The notes under the pieces were generated by a model. That model saw only the letters and a list, made by a program, of their open reading frames with translations. It was not told the DNA's origin and ran no database searches. A stretch of DNA of 43,286 bases from a virus (lineage: Duplodnaviria > Caudoviricetes): IMG/VR virus record IMGVR_UViG_3300036982_000428, positions 1 through 43,286 of that record; one strand, written 5' to 3'. Below, piece after piece: positions 18,451 through 26,872 of this stretch (the first letter of the stretch is position 1; the number at the start of each line of letters is the position of its first letter). The position numbers and the translations under genes are program-made.

Positions 18451-18491
18451 TTTCGTTGATGTTACCATTTCGTTGATGTTACCGAAATGGT
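18451..18491. repeat. Intergenic tandem duplication plus hairpin
   Basis: TTTCGTTGATGTTACC at 18451 and 18468; ACCATTTCG/CGAAATGGT 9-bp stem. Confidence 0.85.
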
Positions 18492-18728
18492 TTATAAATC
18501 TTTATTCAATTCATTGTAAACTTCAAACCACCAGTCAAATGTACTGTTAAGTTCTGTGTTAAATGGATTTGAATGCGGATTACCGGATAATATATGCCTA
18601 ACTGTTAACCTTGCTGCTTTTATTGCAATCAAAGTACATAGTATTTCATTACCACATTCGGTGTCTTCATCCTGGAGCAGGTTTTTAAATTCTGCTATTA
18701 ACTGCTCTGCTTTTTCTTTCGGTGTCAT
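18492..18728 (-). CDS. Hypothetical protein (MTPKEKA family)
   Basis: Start likely ATG 18728, adjacent to the stop of the upstream gene. Confidence 0.7.
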   Translation of the reverse strand: MTPKEKAEQLIAEFKNLLQDEDTECGNEILCTLIAIKAARLTVRHILSGNPHSNPFNTELNSTFDWWFEVYNELNKDL

Positions 18729-18729
18729 T

Positions 18730-18915
18730 TTAATATTTTTTATAAGTTTCATTGTAATATTTTTCAGGCTCGTAAACATCAACATCATCGTAGCCTTTGT
18801 CATAGGCTTTAATTATTTGCTCTTTTTCCATGAGTAAAGATTGCTGGATTTCTTCTTTCCATGCTTCGGTATGTTCGCCACATATCTGCTGGATTAACCA
18901 TTCTACTGCTGTCAT
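18730..18915 (-). CDS. Hypothetical protein (MTAVEWL family)
   Basis: MTAVEWL...EKEQIIKAY...YYNETY pattern. Confidence 0.7.
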   Translation of the reverse strand: MTAVEWLIQQICGEHTEAWKEEIQQSLLMEKEQIIKAYDKGYDDVDVYEPEKYYNETYKKY

Positions 18916-18926
18916 AATTGTGTTTT

Positions 18927-19181
18927 TTAATTTATAAGGTTTACTAAGTAAGCACCAATAGCATATCCTAATCCGTAACAGAATGCCAGTTGTACTCGTT
19001 GATAATTGTTTTTTGCTTCAATCTGATATGCCAAAAATGGAAGTCCTAAAAATGGTCCTACAAATGCCCAAAAAACCATTGCTATCATATTTTTATCTGA
19101 TACAGCTGTAATATAAAATGTAGATGCAATTTCAATTATTACTGCTGCAAAAAATAAAAATACATATTTATATTTTATCAT
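18927..19181 (-). CDS. Small 3-TM membrane protein (DUF5698-like)
   Basis: Three hydrophobic segments; YGLGYAIG. Confidence 0.6.
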   Translation of the reverse strand: MIKYKYVFLFFAAVIIEIASTFYITAVSDKNMIAMVFWAFVGPFLGLPFLAYQIEAKNNYQRVQLAFCYGLGYAIGAYLVNLIN

Positions 19182-19199
19182 AATTTTGTTTTAAGTTAT

Positions 19200-19430
19200 C
19201 AGAGTGACATTGATGTCCCTCTGTGAAAAATACCGTTCCTGCCTACTTTATGTACATACGGTAAAAGATGCATCCTCATAACCTTCGGGCAGGTAAGTTA
19301 TAATAAAAAAAGGCTGATGTCGTAATTACAGATGCTATCCATAAACACAGCGAATTAAAGAAACATCATTTTCGCCACACCTTTTATAAGACCACAAAGC
19401 TGTTCTGATGGGAAGCTGTTATGGTACGGT
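19200..19430 (-). ncRNA. Candidate structured ncRNA / cis-regulatory leader (strand inferred from flanking genes)
   Basis: No ORF; GC-richer than its flanks; several 5-6 bp helices, two crossing sets. Confidence 0.45.
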
Positions 19431-19436
19431 TATTTA

Positions 19437-20339
19437 TCAAAATAAAAATCCGTTTTTGATAGTAAATAATAATTGTTCTTTACTTATTAAACTACAAAAT
19501 AAAAATTTATCTAATTCTTTAAACCATATTTTTTTGCTTTTTTCATCGCAATTATTTCTATCAACTATTTCATCTGAATAAACATTAACATCTTTATTAT
19601 CAAATTTTATTTGTTTTTGCATATTAGTTTTTAAAAAACTAAATTTAAAATTTACATCTATTGTTGTTTTATATCCATGATATGTTAATATATAATTATA
19701 ATCAGAACCTTTTCTTTGTAATTTTAATAAATTTCCATCATTCATATCAATATAAACATTTTTACATTTTGATATTTTAAAAAAACTATTTATAGAATTA
19801 TATATTGAATATTTTGATTTAGCAAATATAAAATCTTGAATTTCAAGTGTTTCTTTTTCAAATAATATTTTAAATAATTCAGAAAACTTTATTTCATATT
19901 TTTTTTTATTATTTTTTTCTGAATTTAATTCTAATTTAAAAGTATCAGAGTTTAAAATCCATAATAATTTATCTCCATAAAATTCTTCACGTTGTAATAT
20001 TTCTTTTGATGATATTGGAGAATTTTGAAATTCAATTATATGTCCATGTTTAGTTTTTACATCTGCAATATGTTTTCCTAATTTACCATGATGAATTATT
20101 TCTCTAAATTCTTTATCAAATTCATTTTGCCAATTCTTATGCCATTCAGACATTGGTTTATGCCATTCAGAACATGAATTTTTTGATTCATGAGAAAAAT
20201 GCCATATTTTAATATCTCCTTGTTTTGCAATAACATTTGTATTACAACATCTGCATTTTAATTCATCAAAAAAAGTTTTAGAACTTTTGTCATAATCTTC
20301 AGCAGATATTTTCACTCCATTCCAATTTGCATATCTCAT
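19437..20339 (-). CDS. CoiA-like PD-(D/E)xK nuclease
   Basis: CxxC...KQGDIKIWHFSH...MSEWHKNWQ...HIADV...IEFQNSPIS...REEFYG. Confidence 0.8.
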   Translation of the reverse strand: MRYANWNGVKISAEDYDKSSKTFFDELKCRCCNTNVIAKQGDIKIWHFSHESKNSCSEWHKPMSEWHKNWQNEFDKEFREIIHHGKLGKHIADVKTKHGHIIEFQNSPISSKEILQREEFYGDKLLWILNSDTFKLELNSEKNNKKKYEIKFSELFKILFEKETLEIQDFIFAKSKYSIYNSINSFFKISKCKNVYIDMNDGNLLKLQRKGSDYNYILTYHGYKTTIDVNFKFSFLKTNMQKQIKFDNKDVNVYSDEIVDRNNCDEKSKKIWFKELDKFLFCSLISKEQLLFTIKNGFLF

Positions 20340-20340
20340 A

Positions 20341-20973
20341 TTATCTATCGTATTTGTCTAACTTATACTTTTCAATAATATTTATCAGATTCTTAGCATA
20401 TCTCTTACTGGTAGCATATCCACAACGTTGAAGTTCTTTTGCCCAATGCTTGTAAGATTTTGACTTAAAGCATGATTTGTATCGGTCATTTAGTAATATC
20501 TTGCTATGCTCTCTGTAACTTTCCCATGCTGTTTCAAATATTCTGAACATGTCATAGATGTCATCATCAGAATAATTAGCACATCTGCAGCCTAAACACT
20601 TATTAGTGCATTTTATTCCGAAGTGATTATTGTCCTTGATCGCCATTGTAGATTGTCCTGCAGCAGATTCCAATAAACCTTGTGCTAATGTAATACTTGC
20701 CGGAATGCCATACTTTGTCTGCTCCTGGATGGCAATGTGTGAGAATCGCTTAATGTAGCGTTCAAAAGCTAATTCTGTCAATGATTTTTTTACAGATGTC
20801 TCATACAACTTGACAGAATCTTTCTGTTTTGTTGTATCAATAATTACAGAATCTTCCAGGATAGTTTTTTCTATTTCTTCCGGTTGCTTTTCTGATGTGA
20901 TATTTCCATCATACTGGATGAAGAACAAAAAGCATATCATAAAAATTAGTAATAAATAAATGATGTTTTTCAT
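20341..20973 (-). CDS. GH73 glucosaminidase with N-terminal membrane anchor
   Basis: TM at N-terminus; YGIPASITLAQGLLES...NNHFGIKC...GYATSKRYA. Confidence 0.9.
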   Translation of the reverse strand: MKNIIYLLLIFMICFLFFIQYDGNITSEKQPEEIEKTILEDSVIIDTTKQKDSVKLYETSVKKSLTELAFERYIKRFSHIAIQEQTKYGIPASITLAQGLLESAAGQSTMAIKDNNHFGIKCTNKCLGCRCANYSDDDIYDMFRIFETAWESYREHSKILLNDRYKSCFKSKSYKHWAKELQRCGYATSKRYAKNLINIIEKYKLDKYDR

Positions 20974-20985
20974 AATGATCGGTTT

Positions 20986-21462
20986 TTAAATTAAATAAAA
21001 TCTTACGTTCTCTGTTTTTATATCCGGAGATATATCAAATCTTCTTGTTTCATGAATCGGAACTTCTATGAATGTTTTATTCCGGAATGATTTTGTTATT
21101 TTTCTTGAATCAATATTGAAGAATCTGTGAGCATTGTTTATGCTATCAAATATTATTTGTGTACCATCAAGAAAAACAGCTTTTAATTTGGTTGATTTCT
21201 TAGGAATTACACCATAAAGTTTTTTAGCCTGCTTACGAATTTCAATATAGTGCTTTACTGAATTTTCTGTAACTAACCTTGAGATGATTATATTTTCATA
21301 TTTAACTAAATTGCCATCATCATGCTTTAGATATATTTCCGGTTTAGCTTCTTGTAATTCTCCATCTTTGATTAGCATTCTGATTCTTGTTTCAGCATAC
21401 ATTGTATTCTTTGGTTTCTTATCTTTAATCTTGCTTAATGCCTGTTCAAATGTTAGATACAT
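20986..21462 (-). CDS. Putative DNA-binding protein (C-terminal NUMOD1-like HTH)
   Basis: IFDSINNAHRFFNIDSRKI pattern. Confidence 0.45.
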   Translation of the reverse strand: MYLTFEQALSKIKDKKPKNTMYAETRIRMLIKDGELQEAKPEIYLKHDDGNLVKYENIIISRLVTENSVKHYIEIRKQAKKLYGVIPKKSTKLKAVFLDGTQIIFDSINNAHRFFNIDSRKITKSFRNKTFIEVPIHETRRFDISPDIKTENVRFYLI

Positions 21463-21475
21463 AGTTTATTTGTTT

Positions 21476-21538
21476 AAAAAATGCTCTGCTTTTTACACAG
21501 AGCAATGACCACTAAATGAAAACACATACATATGAACA
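21476..21538 (-). ncRNA. Candidate ~60-nt small RNA bounded by promoter and terminator
   Basis: TATATTTG at 21546-21539; TGCTCTG/CAGAGCA stem plus U6 at 21504-21476; antisense matches to gene starts. Confidence 0.55.
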
Positions 21539-21546
21539 CAAATATA
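21539..21546 (-). promoter_or_regulatory. TAnnTTTG -7 element
   Basis: TATATTTG on - strand in an AT-rich intergenic region. Confidence 0.7.
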
Positions 21547-21585
21547 AAATAATTATTTTATTTTTATCATTATTTTGTAAAAATA

Positions 21586-21951
21586 TTACAAAGTTTCTTT
21601 TTCTGCATTTGTTGTTGCTCTGTTTACTGCTGCAAAACTAAGTTTATTAACTTCACCCATAAACCAGTCAACTTGTGTTGGTGGAAGTAGTGCAATGGTT
21701 GCCATCATCTCTGTCATGGCTCCTACATTCTCAAAATTGTAACTATGCAGTTCTGCTACCTGCTCTTTTGTTACTTTACGTTCAAGACCTTTCAAAAAGT
21801 TCTGCATGAAACTTCTTAGGTTCTTGTAAGTCACCTTATCCTGACTATTCATGCCATCCGGATTAAGTTGCGTAATTGAATAAATACCTGCATTTAAACA
21901 TGAGATAAGTAAATACATGTCTGCTGCTCTGTTTGCTCTGTCGTTTGTCAT
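21586..21951 (-). CDS. Hypothetical protein
   Basis: 121-aa ORF. Confidence 0.7.
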   Translation of the reverse strand: MTNDRANRAADMYLLISCLNAGIYSITQLNPDGMNSQDKVTYKNLRSFMQNFLKGLERKVTKEQVAELHSYNFENVGAMTEMMATIALLPPTQVDWFMGEVNKLSFAAVNRATTNAEKETL

Positions 21952-21971
21952 AATGAAAAAATTTTGATTGT

Positions 21972-23381
21972 TTATAAAGATAAATTTTTTAATATTTTGT
22001 AAAGTACGTTTACAACTATTGAATTACCTGCCTGTTTATATGCCTGTGAATCACTTACGGGCCATGTAAAGGTATCAGGGAAATCCATTAATCTAAAACA
22101 TTCACGAGGGGTAAGTCTGCGGATTTGATGTGTATTTATAATATTACCACCCCAAGTTTGTTGACCAGCATTTAGAGCTGGATTTATGCCATTAATATTA
22201 TAAACTCTATTTTGTTGATATGGCTGCTTATTTCCGCTTTCTTTGCTTTGATTAAGTTGTATTACTTCTGTTGCAATCAATCCCTCTTTTTTAGGATTTG
22301 AATTAGCTAAAATAGTATCAGAATAATCTTGTTCTTTTATTATAAGTTCTTTGTCTTTAAAACTTCCTGAATCTTTACCAGTTTTTTTATAGGTTTCTTT
22401 TCTTCTTTTTTTCTCTTCTTCAGATCTACCATTTTTAACTATCATCACACCCTGATTACATCCTGTGTCTAAAGTCTGAGCAACTCCTTTTCCTACTCTT
22501 CCTCGCCTTGTTTTACTTTCGGGAAATTCTAAGTTTATAGAATCGCCATCGGTTGCTTCCTCATAACCTTTGGATGTAGCAGAGTTGATTTTGATGTAAT
22601 TATCCTGTCTGCCCATTTTTGCCATTTCAGTTCTTAATGACCTTGCTAAATCAGTATTATTAATCATTTCAGTATTTACTTGAAATTTGTCAGATTCATA
22701 ATTTTGTAAACAATTAACCATCTTTTCACTCAAAAAATACTTATCATCAACCTTACTTTCTAAAACATCTTTAAGCCTTTTTGTCAAATGTTCCTCAGCA
22801 GGAAACCTAAAATTATTATCTGCATCGTCACGAATACCGATTAAAAAAACTCTTTCTCTGTTTTGTGGTACTCCATGATTCTTTGCGTTTAAAACCTGCC
22901 AGTATAAGTGATAAGGAACAGAATCAGCATAAGGAAATAATATAGGATTTCCGTTGACCGTCTTACCACCTAACAAATTAACCCACTCTGAAAAAGTTTT
23001 ACCGCCATCATCTGATAGCAATCCTTTTACATTCTCAAAAATAAAATATCTCGGTTTGTTTACTTGAATAAATTCTAAACTATTAAAAAATAATATTCCT
23101 CTTTTATCCTCTTTGCCTAATCGTTTACCTGCTAAACTGAAAGCCTGACATGGTGGAGAAGTCATATAAATATCCAAACTATCTTTTGGTATCTCACGAT
23201 CATAGACATTTGTTGGATAATATTCAGGTTGTCCGTAATTGTGAATGAATGTCTGTCTTGCGTATTTATCCATATCACAGGCGAATATTTCTTTATATTC
23301 TATGCCGAGCCTATTTAGTGCTTGATTGAATGCACCCACTCCGCTAAAATCTGAGCCTACTTTTATCATATTATTTTTCAT
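21972..23381 (-). CDS. DNA (cytosine-5) methyltransferase with long variable region
   Basis: FSGVG (motif I), SPPCQAFS (IV), ENVKG (VI), QNRERVF (VIII), RRLTPRECFRLM (IX), YKQAGNS (X). Confidence 0.95.
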   Translation of the reverse strand: MKNNMIKVGSDFSGVGAFNQALNRLGIEYKEIFACDMDKYARQTFIHNYGQPEYYPTNVYDREIPKDSLDIYMTSPPCQAFSLAGKRLGKEDKRGILFFNSLEFIQVNKPRYFIFENVKGLLSDDGGKTFSEWVNLLGGKTVNGNPILFPYADSVPYHLYWQVLNAKNHGVPQNRERVFLIGIRDDADNNFRFPAEEHLTKRLKDVLESKVDDKYFLSEKMVNCLQNYESDKFQVNTEMINNTDLARSLRTEMAKMGRQDNYIKINSATSKGYEEATDGDSINLEFPESKTRRGRVGKGVAQTLDTGCNQGVMIVKNGRSEEEKKRRKETYKKTGKDSGSFKDKELIIKEQDYSDTILANSNPKKEGLIATEVIQLNQSKESGNKQPYQQNRVYNINGINPALNAGQQTWGGNIINTHQIRRLTPRECFRLMDFPDTFTWPVSDSQAYKQAGNSIVVNVLYKILKNLSL

Positions 23382-26013
23382 GTTCTAATATCGGTTTAAA
23401 CGGTATCTTAACTGCTTTTGCATAAATACCTGTGCTGTAATAAGTTCGTTTAACTTTTTCTGCATCTTTTATCCTGGATAGAATCTGTCCGTAATTCTTT
23501 GTCCAGGAAGTATTTTTTAAATACCCTTGCAATACTGATGAATCAGGGTTAATAAATATAAAATCATCTTCTAACTTTATTCCATTACGTTTTAATACTT
23601 TTTCTGCAGTTCTACTACTTACCGGAGCAGAATCACCATAAACACATTCATCTTGAATCTCTAACAATTCTCCAACAGTCCTGGTATGTTGTCCGGTATG
23701 GTCTGTATCAACTCTAATCTGAATACTTAATATGTGCTGCAGACATTTTATTTCATCAGTAACTGCATTCAATCCTTGTTCTTCACTAAAATCAATATCA
23801 TTTATCAATGAAAGAACATCATCAATAGTAGCTATTTCATCATTGCTTAAATGCCAACATCCACCTAACAATGCACCTAATTGATCCCCCATTGCTCTAT
23901 TTGCTAACTTTTCTGTAATTACATTAGTGAAAACTTCAATAGTCTTTAAAATCTGTGGTATCAGGTTTATTATCCTGGACTGAAATCTTTTTACAAAATC
24001 ATCAGTAGCAAATTTTCTAAACTCTTTTTCAAGTTCAATAAAATTTTCATTGTTTAGCTTTCCTTTCTTTAATTCCAGGATAGTTATTCTTCTTAAATCT
24101 GAATTATGTATTGCCTGTGGTACAATACTACAAAAAGCAAAACAGGACTTAATCTGATAAGTCTTTGCACCACTACCGGTACCTTTTGCAATTACACCAC
24201 CATCAGATGAAGATGCTGATCTCATAAGCTGCAATACTTTCTGAATCTGAATCTGTGCATGCTCATTCTCACCCTCTGCTTCATCGAATAGCACATTTAT
24301 TGCATCATTACCAATAAATTCTCTTAGACCTGCTTCTGATGTGTTACCCTGTACTGATATGCTTATATCTTTTGTAAATTTCTGTAATATTTCTCTATTC
24401 ACCCATGACTTACCGGAACCTGCTCCACCAGTTATCCAAATGTGAGGTCTCCAGTTTAATACTCCGCAAATAGGTGCTAATGCTACCCATCCACCCAACA
24501 AAATACAGTCTACATCTCTTACCCATGAAAGTTTTTGTATTGTTTCTAATATCTTATGTGATTCATCCTTTGTTAATGGATTGGCAGTTGTTAGATTCAA
24601 TGGATGTTGCAATTCATACCAGTATTCAGTATCAATATCTCCTAATGCAAACTGATTGTTATCTACCAACAGATGACTGCCACAATGAATAACAATTCTA
24701 CCTTTATCTATCCAGGCTCCTCTTCCTCTGATTTTGTTAGGATTGAAATAACCAATTCTATTACTGTTTTCAATAATATGATTAACAGCAGCGTCAATAT
24801 CGAATCCATTTTTTTTAGGATAGTTTGTTTGCCAATAATTTATAGGTGCTAATGTATATAAATTTGATTTATTCAGCTTTGATGCAGGTAAACTTAGTAT
24901 TGTCTTACTTCCGAAAACATAAAAATTGAATAGCTGAACATTATCTGACTGCTTTGTGAATCCGAGATAGCGAAAATAAATATTCTCTAATGTTTCAGAT
25001 TTGCGTTCTGTTGCACTATTTGTTCCTGATTCAGATATTGGTCTTGGTTTTGGTTTAAATACTCCAAAATCGTTTCTGTATGATTTATAAGGAAATTCAA
25101 CACAGTTAGTTTTAACTTCTACTTTAAGTTTTTCTTCAACAAATTTCTTAGCATCCTTTTCAGGTATTCCCATTCTATTTGTAATAACACAGAAATAAAA
25201 CACATAATTGTGTATATTTCCTGATACACATTTACCAACTTTGTTTTCAGCGTATTTAACAGCAATTTTAAATAGATCATCTTCTTCTGCAAATTCATTA
25301 TTTATTTCTTCTTCCATGTTTTTTGTTGGTAGAATCTTTAGCCAGGTCTCCAACATTTTTAAATCAAGATATTTTGCTTCATAGTTAATGAAAATATCTG
25401 AATCATGTGACAAATATCTTAATCTCTTTACTTCTTTTGTATTTCCTGCAACAATTTTTAATTCTTTATATAATAAATCTGAAAAAAATTCATAATAAGT
25501 TGTGTGAATCTTACTAATATAATTATCTTCTTTTAGTTTTAATTTATCTATTATGTATTCAGTCAGTTCATTATAAGATTTAGGTAATTCTATTAACACA
25601 TTTATCCACATAGATCCATTAAACTTACCGGATACAGATTTACCACATGCTTCAATGAATGGAATCCTACCGGATAAAACAACTTTATTAAATTCATCCA
25701 ATTCAATCCGGTTATTCATGTCAATATCCATGTTCATTCTTCCTGAATGCTGAACAGCTGTCTGTTCTTCTATGCTCTTATATCTGTCATAGCATCCGGA
25801 GAAAACAACACATGGAAGCATATTTTTCTTATCATCCTGGTATTCTGTTTTTTGATTATTATCAAATCCAAACTGCAATTCCTGTTCCCATTTGTTTTGG
25901 ATAAAATCTGTTTGCTTTTGAAATGTTCCTTGAGATATGTCTATGTAAATATCAAAGATGTCTTTTTTAGTGGCAGTCTTTGATGTAAGACTGTCGTAGT
26001 AATTACAATTCAT
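23371..26013 (-). CDS. Primase-helicase (BT4734/VirE_N-like N-terminus plus P-loop ATPase)
   Basis: KKNMLPCVVFSG...DID...SVSG; Walker A GGAGSGKS; Walker B VLFDEAE. Confidence 0.8.
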   Translation of the reverse strand: MNCNYYDSLTSKTATKKDIFDIYIDISQGTFQKQTDFIQNKWEQELQFGFDNNQKTEYQDDKKNMLPCVVFSGCYDRYKSIEEQTAVQHSGRMNMDIDMNNRIELDEFNKVVLSGRIPFIEACGKSVSGKFNGSMWINVLIELPKSYNELTEYIIDKLKLKEDNYISKIHTTYYEFFSDLLYKELKIVAGNTKEVKRLRYLSHDSDIFINYEAKYLDLKMLETWLKILPTKNMEEEINNEFAEEDDLFKIAVKYAENKVGKCVSGNIHNYVFYFCVITNRMGIPEKDAKKFVEEKLKVEVKTNCVEFPYKSYRNDFGVFKPKPRPISESGTNSATERKSETLENIYFRYLGFTKQSDNVQLFNFYVFGSKTILSLPASKLNKSNLYTLAPINYWQTNYPKKNGFDIDAAVNHIIENSNRIGYFNPNKIRGRGAWIDKGRIVIHCGSHLLVDNNQFALGDIDTEYWYELQHPLNLTTANPLTKDESHKILETIQKLSWVRDVDCILLGGWVALAPICGVLNWRPHIWITGGAGSGKSWVNREILQKFTKDISISVQGNTSEAGLREFIGNDAINVLFDEAEGENEHAQIQIQKVLQLMRSASSSDGGVIAKGTGSGAKTYQIKSCFAFCSIVPQAIHNSDLRRITILELKKGKLNNENFIELEKEFRKFATDDFVKRFQSRIINLIPQILKTIEVFTNVITEKLANRAMGDQLGALLGGCWHLSNDEIATIDDVLSLINDIDFSEEQGLNAVTDEIKCLQHILSIQIRVDTDHTGQHTRTVGELLEIQDECVYGDSAPVSSRTAEKVLKRNGIKLEDDFIFINPDSSVLQGYLKNTSWTKNYGQILSRIKDAEKVKRTYYSTGIYAKAVKIPFKPILEHEK

Positions 26014-26030
26014 TATGTATTATTTAGTGG

Positions 26031-26360
26031 TTACAAATTAAAATCTAAATCTTCAAGTTTTCGGCAAATTTTAGCAATTCCACCCGAATTTTTTACATTT
26101 TCTAAAAATATCTTTTGGTCATCAGATATTTTACCTGTTTCTGTCTTTACTTCCAATGCTGTAAAAATAGCTATTTTCTTTCCAATCATATCAGCTGTGA
26201 TTTCTGTACTGGTCCATCCAATCAAATCAGACGAACCAGGACAAAGACCATAAACAATAGTAGTGTGTTCTGTCTTACATACTCCAACATTATTCCGAAA
26301 TAGTCTAACGTTTTTTGGAAGATTTAATCTTAGTAAATTTTGCAGATTCTTTTCTTTCAT
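26031..26360 (-). CDS. VRR-NUC nuclease
   Basis: LFRNNVG...GSSDLIG...LEVKTETGKISDDQ; likely start MKEK at 26360. Confidence 0.9.
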   Translation of the reverse strand: MKEKNLQNLLRLNLPKNVRLFRNNVGVCKTEHTTIVYGLCPGSSDLIGWTSTEITADMIGKKIAIFTALEVKTETGKISDDQKIFLENVKNSGGIAKICRKLEDLDFNL

Positions 26361-26661
26361 ACTTTTCAAGTATAGCATTAATTAAAGCTGTATGTGTATC
26401 AGATGCAGAAGAATAAAAAGCATTTCCAATCCTGCTATCAAATAACAAACTGTCTTTGTGTTCTACATGAAAATACCATCTGTTGTCTGCTAATTTTACT
26501 ATCTCAATTAAAAATGTTTTAGTACCTAAACTTGCTTTATTTATATAGGCTATGTTACCCTCTGTACTGGTATGATAGTGAACATACTCTATATTTCTTA
26601 TTCTAAGTTTAGGTTTTACAGTATTTAATTTCTTAAACTCAAGCATCTTTTGGCATTTCAA
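26305..26661 (-). CDS. Hypothetical protein
   Basis: ORF in the operon. Confidence 0.55.
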   Translation of the reverse strand: MKCQKMLEFKKLNTVKPKLRIRNIEYVHYHTSTEGNIAYINKASLGTKTFLIEIVKLADNRWYFHVEHKDSLLFDSRIGNAFYSSASDTHTALINAILEKYERKESAKFTKIKSSKKR

Positions 26662-26872
26662 GTGGAATGAATCCGGTACCTAATCCTGCATCATAACCTG
26701 ATGCTTTGAAGAAGTCTACTTCTACTTTTGCTGATAACACAATTACCTGTGCTAACTTACAAATAACTTCTGCTTTTTCTTTCTCTGATTGAAGATCACA
26801 ATCCGGATCCATCATTTTTTCAATCTGTTCAAAAAGCAAATTTCTTAAATCGTTAATCTTGTTCCTTGGCAT
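26639..26872 (-). CDS. Conserved phage protein typically next to HNH genes
   Basis: NKINDLRNLLFEQIE...SAKVEV. Confidence 0.7.
   Translation of the reverse strand: MPRNKINDLRNLLFEQIEKMMDPDCDLQSEKEKAEVICKLAQVIVLSAKVEVDFFKASGYDAGLGTGFIPLEMPKDA

Noticed and set aside
19231-19293. HDV-like ribozyme assignment for the first pseudoknot
   Set aside because: Helix order is similar, but the conserved L3/P1.1 (UCC/GG) and J4/2 features are not evident
19311-19365. Possible hammerhead ribozyme (CTGATG...GAAA)
   Set aside because: Core reads CTGATGT rather than CUGANGA and the required stems could not be built
19308-19385. tRNA-like start GGTGTGGCGAAA on - strand
   Set aside because: No TTCGA T-loop and no cloverleaf
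21516-21641. About 41-codon + strand ORF starting MKTHTY across the sRNA candidate
   Set aside because: Runs through an AT-rich promoter and antisense into the next gene with low-complexity content; kept only as an alternative explanation for the start-like sequence
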